A stretch of 64,000 nt of DNA, taken from assembly GCF_009914755.1 (NCBI RefSeq), contig NC_060941.1; one strand, 5' to 3'. The notes below the pieces were generated by a model, which saw only the letters and a list, made by a program, of their open reading frames with translations, did no database searches and was not told the origin of the DNA. Below, piece by piece: positions 52,715 through 64,000 of this stretch (positions are counted from its first letter, which is position 1; the number at the start of each line of letters is the position of its first letter). Source of the stretch: the human T2T-CHM13v2.0 reference genome, Homo sapiens. The position numbers and the translations under genes are program-made.

Positions 52715-54702
52715 AACACCTACTTTCACCACTGCTATTCATCATTGTACTACTAGAGCAATGAGACAAGAAAAATAAAGTCATCCAATTGGAAAGCATG
52801 AAGTAAAGCAATCTCTATTCATAGAAGATATAATCCTATATATAAAAACCCCAAAGAATCCACAAGAGCATTATAAGAGCTAATAAAAGAATTAAAAATG
52901 TTGAAGGTATAAGATCAATATGCAAAAATCAGTGGTGTTTCTATACATCTGCAATGAAGACAGGGAAATTAAGAAGGCAATACCATTCACAATAGCATCT
53001 AAAACAATAACACTTCTAGGCATAAATTTAACCAAGGAGGTGAAAGACCTCCACAGTGAACTCCAGAAAACATTGTTAAAAGAAATTAAAGAAGACATAA
53101 ATAAATAAATGGAAAAGCAACCCATGCTCATGGTTAGGAAGACAATATTGTCAAATGGCCTACACTACTTGAAATGATCTTCAGATTCAATACAATCGCT
53201 ATCAAAAACATCCAACAGACACCTTTTCTTTATTACTATCTTTCGGAGAAATGAAAAAGCCAATCCTCAAATTCACATGGAACTGCAAGGGACCTTGAAT
53301 AGACAAAATAATATTGATGGAAAACAAAGTAGGAAGGCTAGCACTTTCCAATCTCAACACTTACTGCAAAGCTATGGTAATCAAAAGAATGTAGTACTGG
53401 TATAAGGACTGTCATATAGGCCCATGGAATAGAACTGAAAGTCCAGAAAATAAACTCATATTTCTATGGCCAATTGATTTTTTTACAAGGGTGCCAAGTC
53501 TTTTCAATACAGAAAAAAGAGTCTCTTTAACAAGTGGTGCTAGAACAACTGGATTTCCACATGCAAAAGAAAAGCTGGACCCCTATCTCATAGAATATAC
53601 AAAAATTAACTCTAAGTAGATCAAGAACTTAAATGTAATAAAAATATAAAATTCTTGGAAGAAAACATAGGGAAAAATCTTGGACTTGGCAATGGATTCA
53701 TGGGTATAGTACCAAAAGTATAAGCAAGAGAAGAAAAAAGTAGATACATTGGACTTCATCAAAGTTAAAAATAATTGTGCATTAAAAGACATTATCAAGA
53801 AAGTGAAGACAATCTACTAAATGTAAGAAAATATTTGCATATCATTTGATAAAGGCTTGCTATCCAGAATACATAAAGAATTCCTACACTCAATAATAAA
53901 AAGACAAATGATCCAATTAAAAAATGGATAAAATATTTGAAGAGACTTTAGAGAGCATATAAAAATAACCAATAAGGACATGAAAATATGCTCAATATCA
54001 CTAGTCATCAGGCAAATGCAAATTGAAACCACAGTAATATACCACTGTACACATACCACAATAGCAATAACAAAAAATAGTAGTGGAAAATAGCAAGTGT
54101 GATTGAAAATGTGGAGAAATCAGAACCCTCATGCATTGCTGGAAGGAATGTAAAGTGGTGCAAACTTTGCAGCAAACACTATACTGATTCCTCAGAAAAG
54201 CTAAACATAGAATAACCATACAATCCAACAACTTCACTACTAGGTATATATCCAAAAGATGGAAACAACCTGAGTCTATCAACAGATAAATAGATAAGCA
54301 AAATGTGGTATAAACAGGCAATGTTAATATGACTCATCTATAAAAGGAAATGAAGTTCTGGTATATATTACAACAAGGAGCAACCTTGGAAAAATTACTT
54401 TAAGTGAAATAAGCCAGACACAAAGAATAAATACTAAATGGTTCCATTTATTTGAAATATCTATAATAGGTAAATTTGTAGAGACAAAAAGTAGATCAGA
54501 GGTTGCCAAGGGCTGAGTGAAGGAGAAAATGAGAAGTCATTGCCTAATGGTAGAGAGTTTCTGTTGGGACATTGGTTATAGATAGTGATACTTGCACAAC
54601 ACTGTGAATGTAATTGATGCCACTAAATCATACACATAAAATGGTTAAAATCACAAATTTTAAATTTTTGCCACAGTTACTATATGTTGCCACACAAAAA
54701 AA
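52715..54702 (+). mobile_element. L1MB-type ORF2 3' part and 3' UTR
   Basis: tttcaccactgctattca...aatttaaccaaggaggtgaaagacct...aagtgaaataagccagacacaaa...aaatggttaaaa; ORF 52920..53108 is an ORF2 remnant (QKSVVFLY...[12 protein letters not shown]). Confidence 0.9.
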
Positions 54703-54849
54703 TGTAGTGATAAGTATTCCCTATGGACAGTTGCTGATATCAGTGCTTCCACTGATAGCAATATTAAACCCAAGAGCGGTGGTAAGGTAGAGAAACTGAG
54801 CCAGGGCTCCCACTTTAACCTGGGTTCTCAAAATGGTTAAATTGGTTCC

Positions 54850-56320
54850 AGAACAACAACATTCCCCTGGCTCCTGAAGAAGCAAATAAGTCTTCTTTGG
54901 AAAAAAGCATCTATAATTTAGGTTCCTCACATTCCCACACATCATGTGTACCCAAACATGAATTCACAAAGATTACAACTGTATAGGGAAATAAACCACT
55001 ATGAGTGAGAATCAGCACAGGCAACCAACAACAAATTCAGGCTCTCAAGGGCTTCAGGTATTGGAGTTATTTATTAGAAGACAAGCTTCATGACAGCACG
55101 CATTTTTCTATTTAGTTTACTGCTGATTATCAATCTCTATAACAGTAACTGGTATATAATAGGCACTAAACAAACATTTGATGAATATTCAGACATAAAA
55201 ACCAAATATGTATAAAACATTTGAAGAAATTTGAAAATCAGAATAATGAGCAAACAGTAATGGACCATAAAAATTATTGGAAATATTTATAAAAAGAACC
55301 AAATAGGAGCAAGGTATGGTGGCTTACATCTGTAATCCCAACACTCTGGGGGATGAAGGTGGGAAGATCTCTTGAGGCCAGCAGTTCAAGTCCAGCCTGG
55401 GCAACAGTGCAAGACCCTGTCTCTAAAAAAGAACTAAATAGTACTTTTAGAAATGAAGGGGATATAATAAATTAGACACACTGAAGAGATAATTTAGTAG
55501 ACTGGGCAATCAGACTGAGGAAATTATTCAGAAAGATAAGATGTTGTAAAATAATGAAAGAGAGATTAAGAGATATGGAAGATAGAATCAAAAGAGATCT
55601 AGCATGCGTTTATCAGAGACCCAGATGGAAATAATAGAGTATCAAAGAAGAGGCCCAGATGGAGAGAATAGAAAGAATCAAAGAAAGAAAATATATGAAT
55701 AAAAATGACTGAAATTTTTCCACAGGTGATAAAAGAAATGTATCCAAAGTATAGGAAGCACAATATATATCAAGTAGAATTTTTTTTAATTTATGTTTAC
55801 ACACATCATTGTGAAATTACAGGATACCAAAATGGTGTCCAGAGAGAAAAGAAATCAGATTCAAGAGCCGGAGAGAAAAGACAGATCATATATAACAGAG
55901 CTAGAGTTAGGCTGACAGTGGACTTCTCATAAACAACAGAAACCAGATGACAGTGGAGTGTCTTTAAAATTTCAAGAAAAATAATCATCAATATAGAAAT
56001 GTGTATCCTGCAAAACTGTCTTTCAAAAGCAAACATGCAATAAATACATCTGTAGATGACCAAAATCTGAGATAATTTACCACCAACAGAACTTCACCAA
56101 ATGGACTTCTCAAAGATCTACTTCAGGAAAAAAGAAAATGATTCCAGAAGGAAAACCTCAAATGCATAGTAGAAAGGGGAGGAAAGAAATTGGCAAAGAT
56201 AAACATTAGTAAGTAAATCGGTAAATTAAAACATTGTCTCTTGGGAGCAATTACTATTCTAATGTCCAATGTTGGGACTAAAACAAAAGACAGACCAAAA
56301 GGACTGAAAAAAATAGCAAT
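54850..56320 (+). mobile_element. Old L1M ORF1-region remnant, interrupted by an L2 fragment and an Alu monomer
   Basis: ttagacacactgaagagataatttagt...gatatggaagatagaat...gacagtggacttctca...tatcctgcaaaactgtctttcaaaa. Confidence 0.7.
55307..55425 (+). mobile_element. Free left Alu monomer (FLAM-like)
   Basis: Single arm; TSD aaaaagaac(c/t)aaatag at 55291-55306 and 55426-55441. Confidence 0.85.
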
Positions 56321-56789
56321 TCTCTTCTGTCGGCTGTCTGAAGTGAAGAAGGTCAACAATATTGCTGTGTACATAGCTGAAACTTCAGAAGTTGAGAAAA
56401 ACATCAGTTTGAGTGACTAACTCTGAGCCTGTTTCTCTATGAGGAAGCCCATAATGGACATTATATTCACATCTCTTCATTGGACTGTGGTGAAGTTCAC
56501 CTTTAAAAATTTCAGCTTCTAGATGGGCCTCTTGCTCCACTCAAAATTGACTGACTTAAGTCAGTCAAAATTCCTGACTTAAGACATCATCTGAACATGT
56601 TTAATAATAAATCTAATTGTGTATATTGGCCGTCTATACTGATCACTTTTGCATTGTGCTTTTTATTGATACATGTGTATTTTACTTCCAAACCTTCCTT
56701 TTTGAAAATTAACAAAAATTTAATCTTTTAAAGTACTTTAAAAATAATAAAAGTATATGTACTTTTATGAGGTGATATACATGCTATGT

Positions 56790-56970
56790 ACTCCTAACAA
56801 AAGTGTGGTCTACTGACCACCCACATCACATTCACCTGGGTCACTTGTTAAAAACACCACTACATCCCTGATGAATCAGAATCTCTGCAGTTGGGAACCA
56901 GCAACAAGCATGTTCAAAAAAAAAGCTCCTTCAATTATGCTTCCAGCTAAAAAATTTGGGACCCATAACT
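56790..56970. mobile_element. MER5A (hAT-Charlie MITE)
   Basis: aaagtgtggtc...catcacattcacctggg..cttgttaaaaa...tgaatcagaatctctg...tttgggaccc. Confidence 0.7.
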
Positions 56971-57168
56971 GTAGGTGATAAAGGAGAGAATACCATTAGG
57001 AGTAGAGAAGAGACAGTAAAGAGGTGAAATTAGTCCTTGAGAGGCAGCTTTGGGTACACATCTGTCACCACCAGAGCTGTTAAAGACTTGCTGGAGATCT
57101 CACTACGAAATGAGCTCACCCGTTCTTAGTGCCACTTCTCTCCCAACCCATCCCAAACCCCTTTCCCC

Positions 57169-57170
<2 letters not shown>

Positions 57171-57208
<38 letters not shown>
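57171..57208. repeat. (CA)19 microsatellite
   Basis: Perfect dinucleotide run. Confidence 0.97.
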
Positions 57209-57210
<2 letters not shown>

Positions 57211-57329
57211 TGGATAATTTGTTCTGCAATGTCAAGAGAAGACCAAAACTATAAGAAAGCAAACAACTACTCATAGGCAGCACCTGCAAAATGAATAACA
57301 ACAATAGCCACATTGGGGGAAGGGGTGTA

Positions 57330-57860
57330 GATTGTGTACGTCCTTGGATTTTATTCTTAAGTAAGATAAAAGTTATTGGTAAGTTTTGAAGAGGTAAAAT
57401 GTGAACCATCGTATGTATTTATAGAATGACTTTGGGGACAAGGGGAGAAGCAGAAATCAGTTAGGAGGCTAACGAAATCACCAGGTGAGAGGTGATGGTG
57501 GATGCACCCAGGATGCAGCAGTGGAAGTGGTAAGAAGTAGCCAGATTCTGAACATGTTTTGTAAATAAACACAATAGGAATTTTTAACAGAATAAAACTA
57601 GTGTGTGTGAGAAGGAAAGGTGTTGAGGATGACATCAAGAATTTTAGTCCGAGCAAAGGATGGATGGAGTTGACACTTACGGAGATGGGAAAGACTGTGG
57701 GAGAAGCGTGGTTAGAAGAGGGAATATCAAGAGTTTCTTTAGGGATGTGTTAAGTTCAATTTAAGATGTCTAAGAGGAGATGCTGGGTAGGCAGCATCTG
57801 GTATACAAGAGTAGGCAGCTGGGGATATGAGTGAGTCTGGAGTCAGGTATGTGTCAGAGA
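57330..57860 (-). mobile_element. L2 LINE fragment
   Basis: cagttaggaggcta...ccaggtgagaggtgatggtgg...gcagtggaagtggtaagaagtag...gagatgggaaagactg. Confidence 0.8.
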
Positions 57861-59078
57861 TTATAGATTCAGGACTGTTAAGATACTTGTCCAAGGTCAC
57901 ACAGCGAGAAAGTGGCAGAACCCAGAACTCAGTCCTGCAGCATCCGACATCAAGGCCTGGATTCTTAACCTCTATGTTATGCTGCTTCTCCAGGAACCCA
58001 AGGTGAACCAAGACCTAGTTTCTGAGAGAAGAGAACAGAGTAGAAGTTTTCAAACTGCAGACCTATGGCCTCGGTGACTATAATTCTTCCTGTCCCAACA
58101 AGAGTTGTTTCTAGGTTACGACTTTGTCTTTACTCCCTTTCAGCATGTACTTGCCTTTCGAAGAAATCATTTCCCAGGAAATGGGCACCCCATGTATTTC
58201 TGTGCATGTGGATAGAGTGGGAGGAAGGGAGACTTGAGTTTTTGAGGGCTTTTTTCCCCCTTTCTTTCTTTTCTCCTTTTTTTTTTTTTTTTTTGGAAAC
58301 TGTCTGGGGGCTGTGGTGTTGCTGCTGGTGGTGGCAGCAACTGCTACAATCAGAGCTATTTTGAACCAAAGAACTAATTTACTGCATGAATGACTTTAGC
58401 TCAAAAGAAGAAATAAGGACGATCAGGAGTCCTAAGGGAAACGAATAATAGGGTAATTTACACGGGGAGATGAGGGAGGTGAGAGGAACACACAGGGTAA
58501 TTCTTTGGCTAATCTTTATTTTCTATTTTTGCCCTTTCTCCCTCTGCCTCTCCAGGGGCAGATCCTCAGCTCTGAGATGCTTCTGGCCATCCCCAGGATT
58601 GATACCTGAAAAGGATGAAAGGGCAAGGGAGATGGGGCTACTTAGAGTGGAGAAGAGAAGGTCAAAACGCAGTTTCATGTCCATTTTCTAAAGCCAGCTT
58701 CTACTAGGGAGATGGTCTGTGAGAGGCCACCATTAAGCCTTGGGACAGGTGAGGGATTGCAAAGGACAGTATCATGTGCCCAACTGAGTGCCATATACAC
58801 CTGTACCCACCAGCTTGGGATGGCCCCAAACTAAGAGTTCACTATTACCCCCTTTCTTAATTTCCCAGCACAGAGAGAATCGAGAATAGCAGGACTCTTG
58901 GAGAGAATTTAGTCCAAGGCCTATATATTCCATGGCAAGGAAACCCCAAAGGCCTGGATTCTAGATCTTACTCCAGCACATACTAGCTATTTGACCTTTG
59001 TCAGACCCTGAAACCCAGAGTTTCCTCATATATGCAATCAAAATTGTCATTTTCTTCACTGAGTAATAAGGATCAAAA

Positions 59079-59390
59079 GGCCGGGCACCATGGCTCATGC
59101 CTGTAATCCCAGCACTTTGGGAGGCTGAAGCAGGCGAATTACTTGAGGTCAGGAGTTTGAGACCAGCCTGGCCAACATGGTGAAACCCTGTCTCTACTGA
59201 AAATACAAAAATTAGCTGGGCATGGTGGTGGGCACTTGTAATCCCAGTTACTCGGGAGGCTGAGGCAGGAGAATTACTTGAACCTAGGAAGCGGAGGTTG
59301 CAGTGAGCTGAGATTGTGCCGGGACACCCCAGCCTGAGTGACAGAGTGAGACTCTGCCTCAAAACAAAGAAAAAAACAAATAAAATAAAC
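59079..59390 (+). mobile_element. Alu (AluS-like)
   Basis: ggccgggcaccatggctc...full dimer with A-rich tail. Confidence 0.93.
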
Positions 59391-59613
59391 AATGTCTGAC
59401 AAAGCACTTTGTAAACTGCAAAGCACCCTGTAAAGGTGAGTTATTGTTATTGGTACTTGTCAATGAAGGAAACTGAGTCCCAGAGGCATTATGTGACTCA
59501 TCCAAAGTCACATTGCAAATAAATGCAGAATAAAGACTTGAACCTAAGCCTCCAGTGTTCCTTCCACAGGAGAAGTAGTGTGGCATTATGGTTAAAGGTA
59601 TAGACCTTAGAGC

Positions 59614-60102
59614 TGTGAAAGAAGAAATTAGTCATAACTCTTGTCATGAATCAAGGCAGGCTTGATTCGAGGCTATTGTAATTGGTATAGGGACGACTGC
59701 CATGGAGTTTTGCAGTAGAGGAGTGAGATAGGGCTCAACTTCCAATACAACATGAAAATGTGGGAACTTATAGCCAAAGAGTGGGATGGAGAGGGGTGAT
59801 TGATGGGTGAAAAATCACTAAGTAGACATTTGAAGGGGAAAGAGGGATTTCTGGCTAAACCAACCTAACCAGATTTTTGCTTGAGGCAGGCCAGAATGAC
59901 CAGATATCACCTGGGGAATGGTAGAGGATGAGGAATTTGCTCAGATATAGATGGTGGAGGATCTTGCTAAACCGACTTAGCAGGATTCTTGCTAAAATCA
60001 GGCAATGCAAAGACAAAACCAAAGTCCAAAAGTCAAGGCCTGGTTGGGAAGAGGACTCAGGGGAGCCTGACTTAAGTTTGTTCAAGGAGGGGCTCTTCAT
60101 CA
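59614..60102 (-). mobile_element. Solo ERV1 LTR (MER31/MER67 group) inserted in a MIR
   Basis: Minus strand TGATGAAGAGCCCCTCCTTGAACAAACTTAAGTCAGGCTCC...TTTTAGCAAGAATCCTGCTAAGTC...CA; 4-bp TSD gagc at 59610-59613 and 60103-60106. Confidence 0.8.
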
Positions 60103-61599
60103 GAGCCAGGCTACCTGGTTCACCGTTTGCCAACCATGGGACTTTGGGTAAGTTGGTTACCATCTTCAACCTACTTCATAGAGTTGTATGAGTTATATGC
60201 ATACATGTAATGTATACATGGCTACATATATACACGGCTACAAGTATACATGTGCAGCATTTAGAAAATGCCTGCAAATGATGTCTAATAAATGCTAGAT
60301 GTTGATCTTATTCAGGAAAATGGACTAAACCCAGGGAGCTTCAAAGCATGTGGAGATTCTCCCCTTATGGATTCTCTCAAACACCAAGAAAAGAAATGAG
60401 AGTCAGATGCCACAGTAGGAGTTGAGGTTCAGCTGACATGGAGCTTCATGTATGGTAAAGCCAAACTACCTTGCCTTGGAGTCAGGAGTCCTAAGTTCTT
60501 GTCCCAGCTCTGCCACCTAAGGCAGACCCGGGACAAGAGCATGTCTAAGGCTCAGGTGCCTTGTCTATAAAATCAATCTAACAATCATTTCTCAACCTGT
60601 CCATACTACAGGGCTTTGGTTAGATCCAAGTCAAAAACTCATGAACTGTAAGGTTCTGTGAACATATTAACATTATTTTTGGCAGTACAGCTCTCTGAAA
60701 CACATTTTACAGGTGTGTGCATTGGGGATCGGGGGTGACTGGGAAAGGTACAGCATTTTCTGCCTCTGGAAAGCATGAACAATAGTCAGCCTCCAGAGTG
60801 TGTTGGGTTGCAGTTCCTTCTGACAGTGAAAGATGTTCAGGGTCTTTTGTGCACAATCCTAGCCAGGTACCACCCAAGAACAGACATGAGGGGGATGGAA
60901 CAGGACAAATTAGTTGCATACTTTACACCATCCCCCAGCCCCTACAATGCTCCTACAGGTGAAACCAGGTTAATTGCATATATTTACATCTTTCAAAGCC
61001 TTCTGTCAGACACTCCCTTCAGAAAAACTGCCTAGAGTTTTCTAGCTGATGATCCTCTTATCCTTCCCAGGATGCTTTTTTTCCTTGCATACGTGGTTAA
61101 CTCTCAATTAAATGGAGCAATGGAACATAGAGGAGTAGAGGGAAGCCACACATAGCCCTGAGTCACAAATAAAACAAGACTGCAGTAACCTTTCATTATA
61201 TGTTATCAGATTACTGTGGGGAAGAAGAGCTCTAGACCTGGGGGTGCTCACTTCTCAGAAGGAGTTTGGAAACTGGGCCAGGGATGATGTGTATAATTAC
61301 ACAAAGGAATTAACCTTGGGGTCAGGAAGCTAGGGGTAGAGATAGAAAAGGGGACAGAAGTTGTTCCAGTTGTGAAGCAAGTAGGAGCCTATCCGACCCT
61401 CTGACATGGCATCACAGACATTTGCTCTTCACAAAGCAGGTTTCAATATACACTAATCACCTCTGCTAAGCCTCTTTGGGGGAGGTGAGCACATCTCAGC
61501 CTCTAAAGTATTTTAGCCACAGGTAATGCATTCATTAACCCTCATATAATGATAATAACCATGGTTTTGTTACTACATCTAGCGCATTATATTGCAATT

Positions 61600-61755
61600 T
61601 GTTACCTTTACAGGTCCCACACCAGATTAGAAACTCTTTGAGGGAAGGGACTGTGTCAAATTCACTTTACACCCCTTGTGTCCAGAGCCTCACATACCAT
61701 AGCTGCTTAGCAAAACTGTGTGGGGCAAATATTTGTTGAATTTAGAGAGTTGAAT
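61600..61755 (+). mobile_element. L2 LINE 3' end
   Basis: ccaccagattagaaactctttgagggaagggactgtgtc...aaatatttgttgaat. Confidence 0.7.
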
Positions 61756-62825
61756 GTGTCATTAGAATGCAGCTTATTGCCTTTTCCAGAAGTAGGGAGC
61801 AGCAGGAGTTTCACCCCATAAATCAGTCACTGTCTTATGTGCTGAATGGATCAGGGGAGGCCCTAGAAGCCATCAGCAGATTGGAAGGAAGGAGCCTAAA
61901 CTTTAAGACCAGACTCAGAGCTGAGTTCTGAATGCTAACAGTGACCATGACTTACTGAATCAAGATTTTCTGGGGGGATAGGAAAGGAGAACCCAAGGAA
62001 TACTTCAAAACATCATGTTTCCTAAATCCCTACGTAAGCACCACCAATCTGATGTAGATACCGGCACCATCATTCTTGGAGGCAGAAGCATGGACAAACT
62101 GACTTACGTCCTTGGTCATGGAATTCAACCTTGGCCACAGTTTTATGTACACTGACCTTCTCTGTCCCAGACCTCTTTGTTAATCCACTATAATTAAGCA
62201 GCCACAAATGCTGCATAAAGAGCCAGTTACTACCATAAACACAAGATCAGGAGTTATTCTCTGTTACCTGTACATAAATGTTCCCACTTAATGTGTAACA
62301 GTACCTATTCCATGATTGAATGGACTCTAGGTTTATGGCAGTAGCTGTTGCGTGCTGTAGCCTGTGGTTTTATGGCCCTAATTCCATAATAAGCCTTAGT
62401 TTTAATTTTTCTCCTTCTACCCTGTAGCCAGAGTCTCCTGGGTGTGGGGGAAGGGAGAGGGCTTCTGCCCAATGGCTCTAGGCAACCTGTCACAGAAAAA
62501 AATCTTCGCTAGAGCCAAATCAACCCACCTGCTCCTCCATCAAAGAAGAAGGTCACCTACCCCGTGGGGAGGAGGCCTGAACAGCCCAGATGCCCTCCAT
62601 GTCAGAGGTCTGAGCTTTGAAAGTGGCAAATTTGTCCTGTAAATGTGCCAGGGCAGTGCCAGCTGTTCACTGCCCCAGGAGATGTCGTAGCTGGGGCAAA
62701 GGGAAGGAAGGAGTCAGGAAAACAGGCCAGGATTAGGAGGTCTGCCAGTTGGAGGACCTGAACCTAGCCATAGGGCACAGCATCATTAAGCAGGAACCAA
62801 GGGAAGGGGGTGTGCCACAAGCTCC

Positions 62826-62846
62826 ATCGCTGTCCATGGTGCTGAC
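62826..62846 (-). promoter_or_regulatory. RE1/NRSE (REST-binding) element
   Basis: Minus strand GTCAGCACCATGGACAGCGAT versus consensus TTCAGCACCATGGACAGCGCC: 18 contiguous matches with the canonical 2-bp spacer. Confidence 0.85.
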
Positions 62847-63668
62847 TCATGCTTGCAAACTAGGTCCTGATTGTTTCTCCGAACCCTAGGATTCTGGAGA
62901 ATCCTGTCCAACCTTCTTTTGATTATATTTCCTTTTCTGATGACAGTTTAGCATTTTTACACTGCTGCAGAATAAGCAGAATCATGACATGTGTTTCGCA
63001 ATTGATGCAATTGGTTTCAAGTAATGTTTACAGTTCTATCATATTTCCAACATTTACAAGAAAGTTCCCTTGGGCATTTTAGGTGATCCTCTCCCTAAAA
63101 CACCATTGCTATTCACATAATCTCAGCACACAGTGTAGAGGTGACAAGTGGAAAGAGGATAGCACCAGCAGGAGCTACTAGGTGAGTAAAGTTGATCCCA
63201 GCAGGACGCCTCCCCACCTGCAAATTTACTATTCTAGGGAGCCACCAAACAACCCTTGTGGAGCACAACATGTTGTTTGAACCATTCTAATTTTGTAAAG
63301 TCACTTAGCATGACAAAAACTCTTCCAAGAGACATATTTAAGAAGTAGGTGGCAAGAATAAAAAGGGAGAATCTCCATCCCAGCTCCACTCTCCAGAGAA
63401 GAAAAAGTAATGGACATACCCTAAGAAGAAATCTGGTATTTTACCTGCTATAACAAAGACAGGGGCTGCAGATGAGGAAAAACAGGAAATTTGGAAGAAC
63501 TCAATATGAGATTATTTTAGGCCCATTTTCTTTCTACTCCTGGACCTGTATGCATTTTGGAGTGGGAGAAGTATAGGTCTCTTGTTACCTGGTGAGTCTG
63601 GGCCAAGCATTTAATCTCTCTGTACCTCTGCTTCTGTATCTATCAAGCTGATAACAACAATAATCCTT

Positions 63669-64000
63669 TGCTATGGTTTGAATGTTTTTGTCCTCTTCCA
63701 AAATTCATGTGTTGGAATCTCAATCCCCAATGCAATAGTGTTGGGAGGTGAAGCGTGTTGGGAGATGCTTAGGTTATGATAGCTCTGCCCTCATGAATGG
63801 ATTAATGCCCTTAGAAAAGGGGTTGACAAAGGAAATTATCTCACTCTCTTTTTCCCTCCAACCTTCTGTTATGTGGGCACACAGTATTCCTCCCCTCCAG
63901 ATGATGCAGCATTCAAGATACGTTCTTGGAAGCAGAGAGCAGATACTCATTAAACACTGAACCTGCCAATGCCTTGTTCTTGGACTTCCCAGCCTCCAGA
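63669..64000 (+). mobile_element. MaLR LTR (MSTD/MLT1A1-like), runs off the window
   Basis: tgctatggtttgaatg...caaaattcatgtgttggaa...gccctcatgaatggattaatgcc...cttggacttcccagcctccaga. Confidence 0.85.

Noticed and set aside
58319-58342. Hairpin gttgctgc-N8-gcagcaac as a possible miRNA or terminator
   Set aside because: The 8-bp stem is far too short for a pre-miRNA and such hairpins are expected by chance.

Overview
This is human genomic DNA: it carries an AluYb8, a human-specific subfamily, plus primate Alu/L1PA and mammalian MIR/L2/MaLR/ERV1/hAT/Tigger repeats. It is non-coding (intergenic or deep intronic). I could not support any protein-coding exon chain, structural RNA gene or CRISPR array, and the six-frame ORFs look like chance or repeat-derived frames. 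The first ~47 kb is GC-richer and MIR/L2-rich, with several motif-dense, repeat-free islands that look like developmental or neural enhancers. About 48-56 kb is an AT-rich block of old L1. The most notable structures are: (i) three unrelated short direct-repeat pairs with offsets of 1.2-1.4 kb and different ages (about 84%, 97% and 80% identity), clustered in 11.7-20.8 kb; (ii) an apparent two-ended Zaphod-type hAT remnant with nested insertions; (iii) a near-consensus REST/RE1 site overlapping a CNC-sMAF/AP-1 site; (iv) an octamer/CArG/palindrome enhancer candidate; (v) a twin-primed L1PA, nested LTRs and Alus, and fold-back palindrome micro-duplications. I found no evidence for a new coding system. 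Repeat subfamily names come from recalled consensus sequences and need RepeatMasker/Dfam confirmation. Boundaries of old repeats are approximate.
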